Positions 10,805 to 20,031 of a stretch of DNA of 64,000 nucleotides are shown in pieces. The notes beneath the pieces were generated by a model, which worked only from the letters and a program-made list of their open reading frames with translations, was not told the origin of the DNA and did no database searches. The DNA is taken from NCBI GenBank assembly GCA_049423145.1, contig JBMSQF010000001.1, forward strand, positions 27,171 through 91,170. The letters run 5' to 3'. Source of the stretch: Burkholderiaceae bacterium (GTDB taxonomy: Bacteria; Pseudomonadota; Gammaproteobacteria; Burkholderiales; Burkholderiaceae_C). Position numbers and translations under genes: made by a program. How positions within the stretch are numbered: the first letter of the stretch is position 1; each line of letters starts with the position of its first letter.

Positions 10805-11671
10805 TCAGCCCGCCGCTGGGGTCCCGATGAGCCGACCCGCCCAGCCCAGTCGCATGGAGACCTCGCGGGCGGCCTCCCGCACCGCGCGCGCGCTGGCGCT
10901 GTTCCAGTCCACCGGGCAGCGCGCCTCACGGTCCAGGGCGGTGATCACCAGCGCCGGTTGCCCCTCGTGGTCCAAGGCCGGTGCGCTGAAGGCGTTGATC
11001 CCGGGAATCGGTCGTCCCTTTGCACGCACAACACCGTGGGTGCGCACCTCTTTGCGGGCGGCCTCCACGACCGCCCAGTCCGCCGCAGACAGTTTCGCTG
11101 CCCGCCCAGGGGGGTCGCCCACGGCCCCGGTGGTGGCCTGCAGCAGCCGCTCACGGGGCAGCACCGCGGCAAAGGCCCGCCCGGTGGCCGTGCCCAGCAG
11201 GCTCATCACCGTCCCGGCCCGCATGGACACGAGCAAAGGCTGCTGCGCTTCCATCATGCGCACCACGGTGGGTCCGAAGTTTCCCCAGGCGGCGATGGCC
11301 ACGGCGTGCCCGGTGGCGGCCGCGAGGTTCTCGGCCACCGCCTCGGCTTCGCGCATCGCGTCCAGTTGGTGCAGTGCCGTGAGCCCGAGTTGGAGCGCCG
11401 CAGGGCCCAGGGCGTAACGGCCGCTTTGCCGGTGCTGCTCCACCAGCCGCAGCCGGCCAAAGCTCACCAGGTAGGGGTGTGCCCGCGCCGGCGTCATGCC
11501 CGCCCGTGCGGCCAGATCCTTGAGGTTCATGGGCTCGGTCTGCTGCGCCAAGGCCAGCAGCAATCGGCCGCCGACCTCCACCGATTGCACGGCTCGCTGG
11601 GTGCCGTCCAAGGCGACCTCAAGACCGCCAGGTTCCTGATCGATCGGGGTGCTGCGGTCTTTTCGGGCCAT
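10805..11671 (-). CDS. IclR family transcriptional regulator
   Basis: N-terminal wHTH ('AVQSVEVGGRLLLALA...MNLKDLAARAGMTPARAHPYLVSF') plus a C-terminal IclR effector domain. ATG at 11671 is preferred over the GTG at 11686. Confidence 0.8.
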   Translation of the reverse strand: MARKDRSTPIDQEPGGLEVALDGTQRAVQSVEVGGRLLLALAQQTEPMNLKDLAARAGMTPARAHPYLVSFGRLRLVEQHRQSGRYALGPAALQLGLTALHQLDAMREAEAVAENLAAATGHAVAIAAWGNFGPTVVRMMEAQQPLLVSMRAGTVMSLLGTATGRAFAAVLPRERLLQATTGAVGDPPGRAAKLSAADWAVVEAARKEVRTHGVVRAKGRPIPGINAFSAPALDHEGQPALVITALDREARCPVDWNSASARAVREAAREVSMRLGWAGRLIGTPAAG

Positions 11672-11745
11672 GCGGCCAGTTTGCACCAGGTGAATTGATT
11701 TGCCAAGAACGAACCAATCGGACTATCATCGAGAAGATCTCACAC

Positions 11746-11761
11746 AACAAATCCGTTTGTT
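11746..11761. promoter_or_regulatory. Perfect inverted repeat AACAAA-TCCG-TTTGTT in the divergent IclR/MBL promoter region (candidate operator)
   Basis: Read directly in the only AT-rich stretch (11687-11786) between the divergent operons. A second, distant pair is TTTGCAC (11680-11686) / GTGCAAA (11764-11770). Confidence 0.4.
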
Positions 11762-11786
11762 CTGTGCAAATTTTGGAGACTCCCCG

Positions 11787-12764
11787 ATGAGCCATTCCAG
11801 CAGCACCAAGCAGTTCGCTTCACAGGCCGATCTGGAGGAGAAGCAGGTCAGCTTCACCCAGATCTCCGAGCACGCCTGGGCCTACACCGCCGAAGGCGAT
11901 CCCAACACCGGCGTCATCATTGGCGATGATGCGGTGCTGGTGGCCGACACGCAGGCCACACCGGCGATGGCAGCCGATGTGATCCGCCGCATCCGACAGG
12001 TCACCGACAAGCCCATCCAGTACGTGGTGCTCACCCACTACCACGCGGTTCGCGTGCTGGGCGCCAGCGCCTACAAGGCCGAGGGCTGCCAGCAGGTGAT
12101 CGCCAGCCAGGACACCTATGACCTCATCGTCGAACGGGGCGAACAGGACAAAGCCAGTGAGATCGGCCGCTTTCCGCGACTGTTCCGCAATGTCGAAACG
12201 GTGCCGGCGGGCCTGACCTGGCCCACCCTCACCTTCACCGGCCGGATGACGCTGTGGCTGGGCCGGCTGGAGGTGCAGTTGCTCCAGCTGGGTCGTGGCC
12301 ACACCAAGGGCGACACGGTGGTGTGGCTGCCGGGCGAGAAGGCCATGCTCAGCGGGGACCTGGTGGAGTTCGACGCCACGCCGTATGCCGGTGATGCCTA
12401 TTTCCAGGATTGGCCGCAAACCCTGCGCAACATCGCTGCACTGGAGCCCCAGGCCCTGGTGCCCGGACGGGGACCGGCCCTGGTGGGCCGGGCTCAGGTG
12501 GCCCAGGGCCTGCAGGTCACACGCGAGTTCGTCACCGATCTCTACGAAAGCGTGAAGACTGGTGCGGCGGCGGGCCGTGACCTCAAGGCCGTCTATCGGG
12601 AGACCTACGCGCGTCTGAAGCCGCGCTATGGATCCTGGGTCATCTTCGACCACTGCATGCCCTTCGATGTCACCCGTGCCTACGATGAGGCCACCGCGCA
12701 CCCCCATCCCCGCATCTGGACGGCCGAGCGCGACCGCCAGATGTGGGAGACCTTGGAGGGTTGA
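11787..12764 (+). CDS. MBL-fold metallo-hydrolase superfamily protein with a degenerate HxHxDH motif
   Basis: ATG preceded by GGAGAC. Beta-lactamase-fold blocks 'NTGVIIGDDAVLVADT', 'VVLTHYHAVRVLG' and 'GHTKGDTVVWLP'. The canonical Asp-His of HxHxDH is replaced by Val-Arg. Confidence 0.75.
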   Translation: MSHSSSTKQFASQADLEEKQVSFTQISEHAWAYTAEGDPNTGVIIGDDAVLVADTQATPAMAADVIRRIRQVTDKPIQYVVLTHYHAVRVLGASAYKAEGCQQVIASQDTYDLIVERGEQDKASEIGRFPRLFRNVETVPAGLTWPTLTFTGRMTLWLGRLEVQLLQLGRGHTKGDTVVWLPGEKAMLSGDLVEFDATPYAGDAYFQDWPQTLRNIAALEPQALVPGRGPALVGRAQVAQGLQVTREFVTDLYESVKTGAAAGRDLKAVYRETYARLKPRYGSWVIFDHCMPFDVTRAYDEATAHPHPRIWTAERDRQMWETLEG

Positions 12765-12836
12765 TGCGGCGCTGCTGCGGCAGCCCCCATGCACCTCGCC
12801 GATTGTCGCCACCGCCTTTCAGCGGTCACCCACCCC

Positions 12837-14561
12837 ATGCACAGCACCTTCACCTACCCGCGCTTTGAATACCGACGCGCGCCCGAGATGGGTGCTCCAC
12901 CGGGGGCGGTGCCGCGCCATGGCCTGGTGATCGTCGGCGCGGGCCCCGTGGGGATGGCTGCGGCGCTCGATGCCAGGCAGCATGGCCTGCCGGCGGTGAT
13001 CCTGGATGACGACGACACGGTGTCCGTGGGTTCGCGCGGACTGTGCTATGCCAAGCGCACGCTGGAGATCCTCGATCGCCTCGGCGTGGGCGATGCGGTG
13101 GTCGACAAGGGCGTCATCTGGAACGTCGGGCGCACCTTCTTCGGCGAGCAGGAGGTCTTCAACTTCAATCTGTTGCCCGAACCGGACCACCACCGCCCGG
13201 GCATGGTCAACCTGCAGCAGTACTACCTGGAGCATTACCAGGTGCAGGCCTGCGAACGGGCAGGCGTGGACATCCGGTGGCGCCACAAGGTGGTGGGCGT
13301 GCAGCCCCAGGACCAGGGCGTGAGCCTCACGGTGGAAACACCCGAGGGCCACTACACGCTGGAGACCGACTGGCTGGTGGTCTGCGACGGCGCCCGCAGC
13401 CCGATTCGACGGCTGATGGGCCTGGACATGGAAGGGCAGGTGTTCAAGGACCGCTTCCTGATCGCCGACGTGGTGATGAAGGCGCCCTTTCCGGCCGAGC
13501 GGTGGTTCTGGTTCGACCCGCCGTTTCACCGCAACCAGTCGGTGCTCTTGCATCGCGAAGCCGACGATGTGTGGCGGATTGACTTTCAGCTGGGCTGGGA
13601 CGCCGATCCCGAGGAAGAGAAGAAACCCGAGAAGGTGAGCCCCCGTATCCAGGCGATGCTCGGCCCCGATGTGCGCTTTGAACTGGAGTGGGTGAGCGTC
13701 TACACCTTCCAGTGCCGCCGCATGAACCGCTTTGATCACGGCCGTGTGATCTTCGCAGGCGATGCCGCCCACCAGGTGTCCCCGTTCGGCGCGCGCGGTG
13801 CCAACTCCGGCATCCAGGATGCCGACAACCTGATGTGGAAGTTGGCTTATGTGATCAAGGGCTGGGCGCCGCCCACGCTGCTGCACAGCTACGGCATCGA
13901 GCGCGGCGAGGCGGCCGATGAGAACATCCTGAATTCAACCCGCTCCACCGACTTCATCACGCCCAAGAGCAAAACCAGCCGTGCCTTTCGAGACGCGGCG
14001 CTCCAGCTGGCGCAGCACCATGGCTTTGCCCGCAAATTGGTGAACTCCGGGCGGCTGTCGGTGCCCACCCACCACGCAGCCTCACCGTTGAACACGCCGC
14101 CCACCGAGCCTTTCGAGGGTTGGATGGGCCCGGGCGCCCCCTTGGACGATGCGCCGGTGGTGCATGCTGGCCAAGCCGGCTGGCTGCTCCAGCATCTGGG
14201 TGGGTGCTTCCAGTTGCTGCTGTTCCTGGAAGACCTGGGGATGACGGGCCTGGCCGACCGCATCGCGGCGGTGCAGAGCCCGGAACCCGGCCGATCCCCC
14301 GCACGCGACGGGGAGCAGATTCCTGTGCAGGTGGTGGTGCTCACCGCCACACCCCAGGACCGCGGCGCCCTGGCGCCTTTCGAGCAGGCCACCGGTGCGA
14401 TCGTGCTGCACGATGTGAAGGGCGTGGCCGCGCGCCGTTGCGGCGCCCGCGTCGGGACGGCTCTCTTGCTGCGACCCGACCAGCATGTCTGTGCGCGTTG
14501 GCCGCAGATGGACGCGACCCGCGTGCGCGCCGCGGTCGCGCGCGCCACTGGCCATGGGTGA
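12837..14561 (+). CDS. FAD-dependent aromatic-ring monooxygenase (PheA/TfdB/MhpA class)
   Basis: 'LVIVGAGPVGMAAAL' dinucleotide fold, 'DGARSPIR' and 'GDAAHQVSPFGARGANSGIQDADNL' flavoprotein hydroxylase fingerprints. An alternative ATG lies at 12789. Confidence 0.85.
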   Translation: MHSTFTYPRFEYRRAPEMGAPPGAVPRHGLVIVGAGPVGMAAALDARQHGLPAVILDDDDTVSVGSRGLCYAKRTLEILDRLGVGDAVVDKGVIWNVGRTFFGEQEVFNFNLLPEPDHHRPGMVNLQQYYLEHYQVQACERAGVDIRWRHKVVGVQPQDQGVSLTVETPEGHYTLETDWLVVCDGARSPIRRLMGLDMEGQVFKDRFLIADVVMKAPFPAERWFWFDPPFHRNQSVLLHREADDVWRIDFQLGWDADPEEEKKPEKVSPRIQAMLGPDVRFELEWVSVYTFQCRRMNRFDHGRVIFAGDAAHQVSPFGARGANSGIQDADNLMWKLAYVIKGWAPPTLLHSYGIERGEAADENILNSTRSTDFITPKSKTSRAFRDAALQLAQHHGFARKLVNSGRLSVPTHHAASPLNTPPTEPFEGWMGPGAPLDDAPVVHAGQAGWLLQHLGGCFQLLLFLEDLGMTGLADRIAAVQSPEPGRSPARDGEQIPVQVVVLTATPQDRGALAPFEQATGAIVLHDVKGVAARRCGARVGTALLLRPDQHVCARWPQMDATRVRAAVARATGHG

Positions 14562-14619
14562 GGCCTTGGATTCACCCCCGTGATCAACCGCGCACCGCCC
14601 TGATGCCCGAGGAGTTCGC

Positions 14620-14883
14620 ATGCCCCTGACCCTGAACCCGAATTTTCACGAGGCCGGTCAACGCACCCTGCGCGACTACGCGGCGGGCGATCACTTCTAC
14701 GAAGACCTCATCAATGCCCACCGGGGCCTGAGTGATGAAGAGAGCCTGGCCCTCAACGCCCGGCTGATTCTGCTGCTGAGCAACCACATCGGTGACTTGG
14801 CCGTGCTGCGTGAGGCCCTGGCCTTGGCCCGACCGGCAGAGCCCTCCACACGCAAGCCAGTCGATGGGCCCGTGCCCGCCTGA
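14620..14883 (+). CDS. DUF2783-like small protein (87 aa)
   Basis: GAGGAG SD 6 nt upstream. 'FYEDLINAHRGLSDEESLALNARLILLLSNHIGD' matches my memory of the DUF2783 core. It sits immediately after the hydroxylase. Confidence 0.65.
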   Translation: MPLTLNPNFHEAGQRTLRDYAAGDHFYEDLINAHRGLSDEESLALNARLILLLSNHIGDLAVLREALALARPAEPSTRKPVDGPVPA

Positions 14884-14905
14884 TTCCACATCCCCGGACG
14901 AGAAC

Positions 14906-16222
14906 ATGCTCAACGAAACCCACGACCCCACGTTGCGCAGTTGGGTCAAGACGGCGCAAGACGAGGGCAGCGACTTCCCCATTCAGAACCTGCCCTGGGC
15001 TGTTTTCCGCCGCGCGGGCAGCACCGAGCACTGGCGGGGCGGGGTGGCCATCGGTGACCAGATCGTCGACTTGTCCGCACTGGACCAGGCGCAGCTCATT
15101 CCCGCGGGCAGCGCCTTGGCCCGTGCCGCCCTTCAGGCCGGGGCTGGCGAAACCCTCAATGATTTGATGGCCCTGGGCCGCCCGCACGGGAGCGCCCTGC
15201 GCCTGGCGCTCTCGCACCTGTTGAGGGTCGGTGCTGCGCAGCAATCGGCTCTGCAGGCGCGGTGTCTCGTGCCCATGGCCCAGGCCGAATACCGTCTCCC
15301 GGCACGTGTGGGCGACTACACCGACTTCTACACCTCGGTGCACCATGCGACCCACATCGGCCGGCTGTTCAGGCCCGACAGCCCGCTGCTGCCCAACTAC
15401 AAGTGGGTCCCGATCGGCTATCACGGTCGCGCCTCGAGCCTGGTGGTTTCGGGTACGCCCTTGAAGCGCCCGTGTGGTCAACTCATGCCTCCCGGCGCTG
15501 CGCAGCCGACTGTGGGCCCCAGCAGGCGCTTGGATCTGGAGTTGGAGTTGGGCGTGTTCATCGGTCCCGGCAACCCGCTGGGCCAGCCGATCGCGATCGA
15601 TGAAGCGGCCGATCATGTGTTTGGCCTGTGCCTGCTCAACGACTGGAGCGCCCGCGACATTCAGGCCTGGGAGTACCAGCCGCTCGGGCCCTTCCTGTCG
15701 AAGAACTTTGCCACCACCCTGTCGCCCTGGGTGGTGTCCCTGGAGGCGCTGGAGCCCTATCGGATGGCCTGGAGCCGCCCGCCCGAAGACCCCCAGCCAC
15801 TGCCGTATCTGGACAGCCCACAGGACCGTTCGGCCGGGGCCTTGGACATCCACTTGTCGGTGGAGCTTCAAACCCAGGCGATGCGCGCGGCGGGTTCGGC
15901 CGCGGTTTCCATTGCGCAGTCGAATTACGGCTACGCGTATTGGACAGTGGCGCAGATGGTGGCGCACCACACGGTGTCGGGCTGCAATCTGCAAGCTGGT
16001 GATCTGCTGGGCACCGGCACCATGAGCGGCCCACAGCCCCACCAGGCCGGCGCGCTGATCGAGCTCACGGGGGGTGGCAAGCAGCCGCTGGTGTTGCCCA
16101 ATGGCGAGCAGCGCACCTTCCTCGAGGACGGCGACCGTGTCACGCTGCGCGGTTGGTGCGAGAGGCCCGGCGCCGCCCGAATCGGGTTTGGTGCCTGCGA
16201 GGGCACGGTGCTCAGCGCCTGA
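14906..16222 (+). CDS. fahA: Fumarylacetoacetase (long, two-domain type)
   Basis: In-frame ATG in track ORF 14792..16222. N-terminal 'SWV...SDFPIQNLPWAVF' and catalytic blocks 'DYTDFYTS', 'IGYHGRASS', 'LDLELELG' and 'NDWSARDIQAWEYQPLGPF'. Confidence 0.9.
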   Translation: MLNETHDPTLRSWVKTAQDEGSDFPIQNLPWAVFRRAGSTEHWRGGVAIGDQIVDLSALDQAQLIPAGSALARAALQAGAGETLNDLMALGRPHGSALRLALSHLLRVGAAQQSALQARCLVPMAQAEYRLPARVGDYTDFYTSVHHATHIGRLFRPDSPLLPNYKWVPIGYHGRASSLVVSGTPLKRPCGQLMPPGAAQPTVGPSRRLDLELELGVFIGPGNPLGQPIAIDEAADHVFGLCLLNDWSARDIQAWEYQPLGPFLSKNFATTLSPWVVSLEALEPYRMAWSRPPEDPQPLPYLDSPQDRSAGALDIHLSVELQTQAMRAAGSAAVSIAQSNYGYAYWTVAQMVAHHTVSGCNLQAGDLLGTGTMSGPQPHQAGALIELTGGGKQPLVLPNGEQRTFLEDGDRVTLRGWCERPGAARIGFGACEGTVLSA

Positions 16223-16227
16223 GGCCG

Positions 16228-17076
16228 CTAGCCGAATCGCCGCTGAATCGCCGCCAGCAGACCCATCAACTGCTGCTGCAGCACCATGAAGTGCGGCAGT
16301 TTGGCGCCCGTGGATCCGTCCATGTAGATCCGCTTGTTGATCTCCAACTGAAGGCTGTGGCGTTCACGGGACGGGTCGGCGTAGGCCCGCACCAGTTCCA
16401 CACCCTTGAAGGGGTCGTTGATCTTCACCTCGTAGCCCAAAGCGCGGAGGTGTTCGAACACAAATCCAGTGACCTCGGCCGAGCAGGTGGTGCCATCTCG
16501 ATCGCCCAGGACGAAGTCGGCGCGCGGGATGCCGGGGCCGCCTTCACCCATCACCCCGGACACGGCATTCATCGAATGGCAGTTCAGGTGCACCACCCGG
16601 CCGAAGCGTCCGTGTGCCTCATTCAGCAGCCGCTGCAGCGTCTGGTGGTAAGGCCGGTGGCAGCGCTCGATGCGCGCAGCCACCTCCTCGACACGGAGCC
16701 GCCGCGCGTAGATCGGCCGCCCATCGTCCAGGGTACGCCATACCAGGGACTTGCCCAAAGCCGCCTTGCCGCTGGGCTGATGCTCATGCGGCCAAGGGCC
16801 GTCGATGAGTTCAAGGTCCACATCGCCCGCGTGGCGGTTCACGTCCAGATAGGTGCGCGGAAACTGCGCCGCCAGCAGCGGGATGCCGAGATCGGCCGCC
16901 GGCCGGTACAGCTCATCGATGTACCGGTCTTCCCCATCGCGCAGGTCTTCGTGGGGCAAGGCCGCCCCGAAATCGGCCGGCATCGCATAGCCGGAATGAG
17001 GCGAGTCCAGCACCACCACGGATTGCGGCTGTTGTGGGCCGTGGACGATCAGGACATCGGTGTGAGCAGCGGTCAT
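16228..17076 (-). CDS. N-formylglutamate amidohydrolase family protein (FGase-like)
   Basis: In-frame ATG in track ORF 16228..17379. 'DSPHSG', 'YLDVNR' and 'HLNCHSM' blocks typical of the FGase/HutG-like family. Confidence 0.7.
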   Translation of the reverse strand: MTAAHTDVLIVHGPQQPQSVVVLDSPHSGYAMPADFGAALPHEDLRDGEDRYIDELYRPAADLGIPLLAAQFPRTYLDVNRHAGDVDLELIDGPWPHEHQPSGKAALGKSLVWRTLDDGRPIYARRLRVEEVAARIERCHRPYHQTLQRLLNEAHGRFGRVVHLNCHSMNAVSGVMGEGGPGIPRADFVLGDRDGTTCSAEVTGFVFEHLRALGYEVKINDPFKGVELVRAYADPSRERHSLQLEINKRIYMDGSTGAKLPHFMVLQQQLMGLLAAIQRRFG

Positions 17077-17227
17077 GGGCCAAGTATCGCGCCGGTGCCG
17101 GCACCCCCGGGCGGCCCCCGATGGGCAGCGCCGGTCAAGTCGGTACGATCCGCGGCGTTTGCCGCCCTCGAACATCCGGCTGCAGCACGGCTTGCCCGCC
17201 GACCGCAACCCCACCAGGAGCCCCACC

Positions 17228-19018
17228 ATGAACGAAAGCGACCTGCGCGCCCTTATTGAGCAAGTCCGCCACGGCACGCTGCCGCGCCGCGCCTTCATCC
17301 AGCGTTTGGTGGGCCTGGGCCTGACCGCGCCCATGGCCTCCATGCTGCTGATGCACGAAGGCGTCGCGCAGACGCCCACACCGCTTCCCTACAAGCCCAC
17401 CAAGCGGGGCGGCGGCGGTACCCTGCGGCTCATGTACTGGCAGGCGCCTGTGCACCTGAACCCCCACTACGCCGGCGGCACCAAGGACCAGGACTCTTGC
17501 CGCATTTTCTATGAACCCTTGGGCGGCTGGGATGCCGACGGCAATCTCGTGCCTGTTTTGGCGACGGAGGTTCCCACCCGAGCCAATGGGGGCCTGTCGG
17601 CCGATGGCCGCACCGTGACCTGGAAGCTCAAGCGGGGCGTGAAGTGGCACGACGGCCGGGACTTCACCGCCGACGATGTGGTGTTCACCTGGCAATACGC
17701 GGGTGATCCGGCATCGGCCATGCTGACGGTCAACGTCTATCGCGACATCAAGGTCAGCAAGATCGACGCCCACACCGTCCGGGTGGAGTTCGCGCGGCCG
17801 ACACCCTTTTGGGCCGAGCCTTTCGTCGGCACCTGGGGGCTCATCCTGCCCAAGCATGTGTTTGAGCCCTTCAGCGGGGCCAAATCGCGCGAGAACCCGG
17901 CCAACCTCAAGGCCGTGGGCACCGGCCCCTACCGGCTCCTGGACTTCAAGCCCGGCGACATGCTGCGTGCCGAAGCCAACCCCAACTACCACGTGCCCAA
18001 CCAGCCCTTTTTCGATGCGCTGGAGCTCAAGGGTGGCGGTGATGCCACCAGCGCGGCGCGTTCGGTGCTGCAGACGGCCGAGTTCGACCTGGCCTGGAAC
18101 CTCTCGGTGGAGGATGTGATCCTGCGGCAGCTGGAGAGCGCCGGCAAGGGCAAGGTCCATTTCTATGAGGGCAGCGACCTGGAGTACGTCACCCTCAACC
18201 CCACCGACCCTTGGAAGGAAGTCGAAGGGGAGCGAGCCAGTGCCAAGAGCCGCCATCCGGCCTTCAGCGACCGCGCGGTGCGGGAAGCCATGAGCCTGCT
18301 GATCGATCGCAAGAGCATCGCCGAGGCCATCTATGGGCGGGGCGCGGTGGCCACGGCCAACTTCCTCAACAACCCACCGCGATTCCGCAGCCCCAACACC
18401 AAGTTCGAGTTCAGCATCGAAAAGGCCAACCAGATCCTGGAAGCTGCGGGCTGGCGACGTGGCAGCGACGGCATCCGCGCCAAGGGCGGCACCAAGCTCA
18501 AATTCGTTTTTCAGACCTCGGTGAGCGGCCCACGCCAGAAGTGCCAGGCCATCATCAAGGACGCTTGCGGCAAGGCCGGCATCGATCTGGAACTCAAGAG
18601 CGTGGTGGCCTCGGTGTACTTCGGTGGCGACTTCGCCAACCCCGACACCTACCAGAAGTTCTGGGCCGACATGCAGATGTACACCACCACCATGACGCAG
18701 CCCGACCCGCAGAGCTTCATGGAACAGTTCACCTCGTGGGAACTGTCGCAGAAGGAAAACAAATGGGCGCGGCGCAACCTCAGCCGGTGGCAGAACGCGG
18801 ACTACGATGCGGCGCACAAGGCCGCGCAGGTGGAGCTTGATGCGGTCAAGCGTGCGGCCCTGTTCATCCGGATGAATGATCTGGTGACCGGTGATCTGCA
18901 CGTGGTGCCGCTGTTCGCACGGCCGCGGCCTTACGGTGTCAATGCACGGCTGCGCCCGGTGCTGTCCGCATGGGACAACACCACCTGGGCCCTGGGCTAC
19001 TGGACGCGCGAGGGCTGA
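17228..19018 (+). CDS. ABC transporter substrate-binding protein, peptide/nickel family 5, with Tat-type signal
   Basis: 'LPRRAFIQRLVGLGLTAPMA' twin-arginine leader. SBP_bac_5-like body of about 590 aa. Confidence 0.85.
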   Translation: MNESDLRALIEQVRHGTLPRRAFIQRLVGLGLTAPMASMLLMHEGVAQTPTPLPYKPTKRGGGGTLRLMYWQAPVHLNPHYAGGTKDQDSCRIFYEPLGGWDADGNLVPVLATEVPTRANGGLSADGRTVTWKLKRGVKWHDGRDFTADDVVFTWQYAGDPASAMLTVNVYRDIKVSKIDAHTVRVEFARPTPFWAEPFVGTWGLILPKHVFEPFSGAKSRENPANLKAVGTGPYRLLDFKPGDMLRAEANPNYHVPNQPFFDALELKGGGDATSAARSVLQTAEFDLAWNLSVEDVILRQLESAGKGKVHFYEGSDLEYVTLNPTDPWKEVEGERASAKSRHPAFSDRAVREAMSLLIDRKSIAEAIYGRGAVATANFLNNPPRFRSPNTKFEFSIEKANQILEAAGWRRGSDGIRAKGGTKLKFVFQTSVSGPRQKCQAIIKDACGKAGIDLELKSVVASVYFGGDFANPDTYQKFWADMQMYTTTMTQPDPQSFMEQFTSWELSQKENKWARRNLSRWQNADYDAAHKAAQVELDAVKRAALFIRMNDLVTGDLHVVPLFARPRPYGVNARLRPVLSAWDNTTWALGYWTREG

Positions 19019-19071
19019 TGCGCCCTGCCTGTCCCTCGCGCCCTGCTGCCTCCCGTTTCGGGTAGGGCGGC

Positions 19072-20031
19072 ATGGGCCGCTTCATCCTGCGCCGACTGCT
19101 GATCGCCCTGCCCAGCCTGCTGGGCATCAGTGCCGTGCTGTTCACGGTATTGGCACTGGCCCCGGGCGACCCTTTCGAGGAGTTGGCCACCAACCCCAAT
19201 GTGCCCCCGGAGGTGCGCATGGCCTTGCGCGTCCAGTTCGGGCTGGACGACCCCGTATGGGAGCGCTACCTGCGTTGGCTGGCCAGTATGTTGCGCGGTG
19301 ACTGGGGCTTCTCGTTTGTCAGCCGCATCAATGTGGATGAACTGATCCTGCAGCGCTTGCCCACGACCATCGTGGTGATCGGTCTGTCGCAGGTGCTGGC
19401 CATTCTGGTGGCCATCCCGGTGGGCGTCTTGGCGGCGGTGAAGCCTTATTCCTGGTTTGACCGCATCGCCAGCACCGTGGCCTTCGTGGGCTTTTCGCTG
19501 CCCACCTTCTTCACCGGCGTGCTGTTCATCCTGCTGTTCTCCATCACGCTGGGTTGGCTGCCTTTTGTCTATCGAACGGACATCTCGTCCACGGGATGGC
19601 AGTTCCTGTGGGACCACTTCAAGCAGAGCATCATGCCCATCACCGTGCTCGGCTTGTACCAGGCGGCCAGCATGATGCGCTATGTGCGCAGCGCCGTGCT
19701 GGATGTCATTCGCCTGGACTACGTCACCACGGCGCGCAGCAAGGGCTTGTCGGAGCGCGCCGTCGTGCTCAAGCACGTGGTGCGCAACGCCATGATCCCG
19801 GTGGTGACCCTGGTGGCCCTGCAGATGCCCACCGTGTTCGGCGGGGCCATCGTGACCGAACAGATCTTCCGGATCCCCGGCATCGGCAGCCTGCTCATCG
19901 ATGCGATCCTGCGCAACGACACGCCGGTCATCATGGCCGTCACCTTTGTCTTCAGTGGACTGGTGATCCTCTTCAATCTTGTGGCTGACGTGCTCTATGG
20001 CTGGCTTGACCCCCGAATCAGCTACCGCTGA
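19072..20031 (+). CDS. ABC transporter permease (DppB/OppB type)
   Basis: N-terminal 'MGRFILRRLLIALPSLLGISAVLF' and the EAA-loop region 'YVTTARSKGLSERAV' are typical of DppB-like permeases. Confidence 0.9.
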   Translation: MGRFILRRLLIALPSLLGISAVLFTVLALAPGDPFEELATNPNVPPEVRMALRVQFGLDDPVWERYLRWLASMLRGDWGFSFVSRINVDELILQRLPTTIVVIGLSQVLAILVAIPVGVLAAVKPYSWFDRIASTVAFVGFSLPTFFTGVLFILLFSITLGWLPFVYRTDISSTGWQFLWDHFKQSIMPITVLGLYQAASMMRYVRSAVLDVIRLDYVTTARSKGLSERAVVLKHVVRNAMIPVVTLVALQMPTVFGGAIVTEQIFRIPGIGSLLIDAILRNDTPVIMAVTFVFSGLVILFNLVADVLYGWLDPRISYR

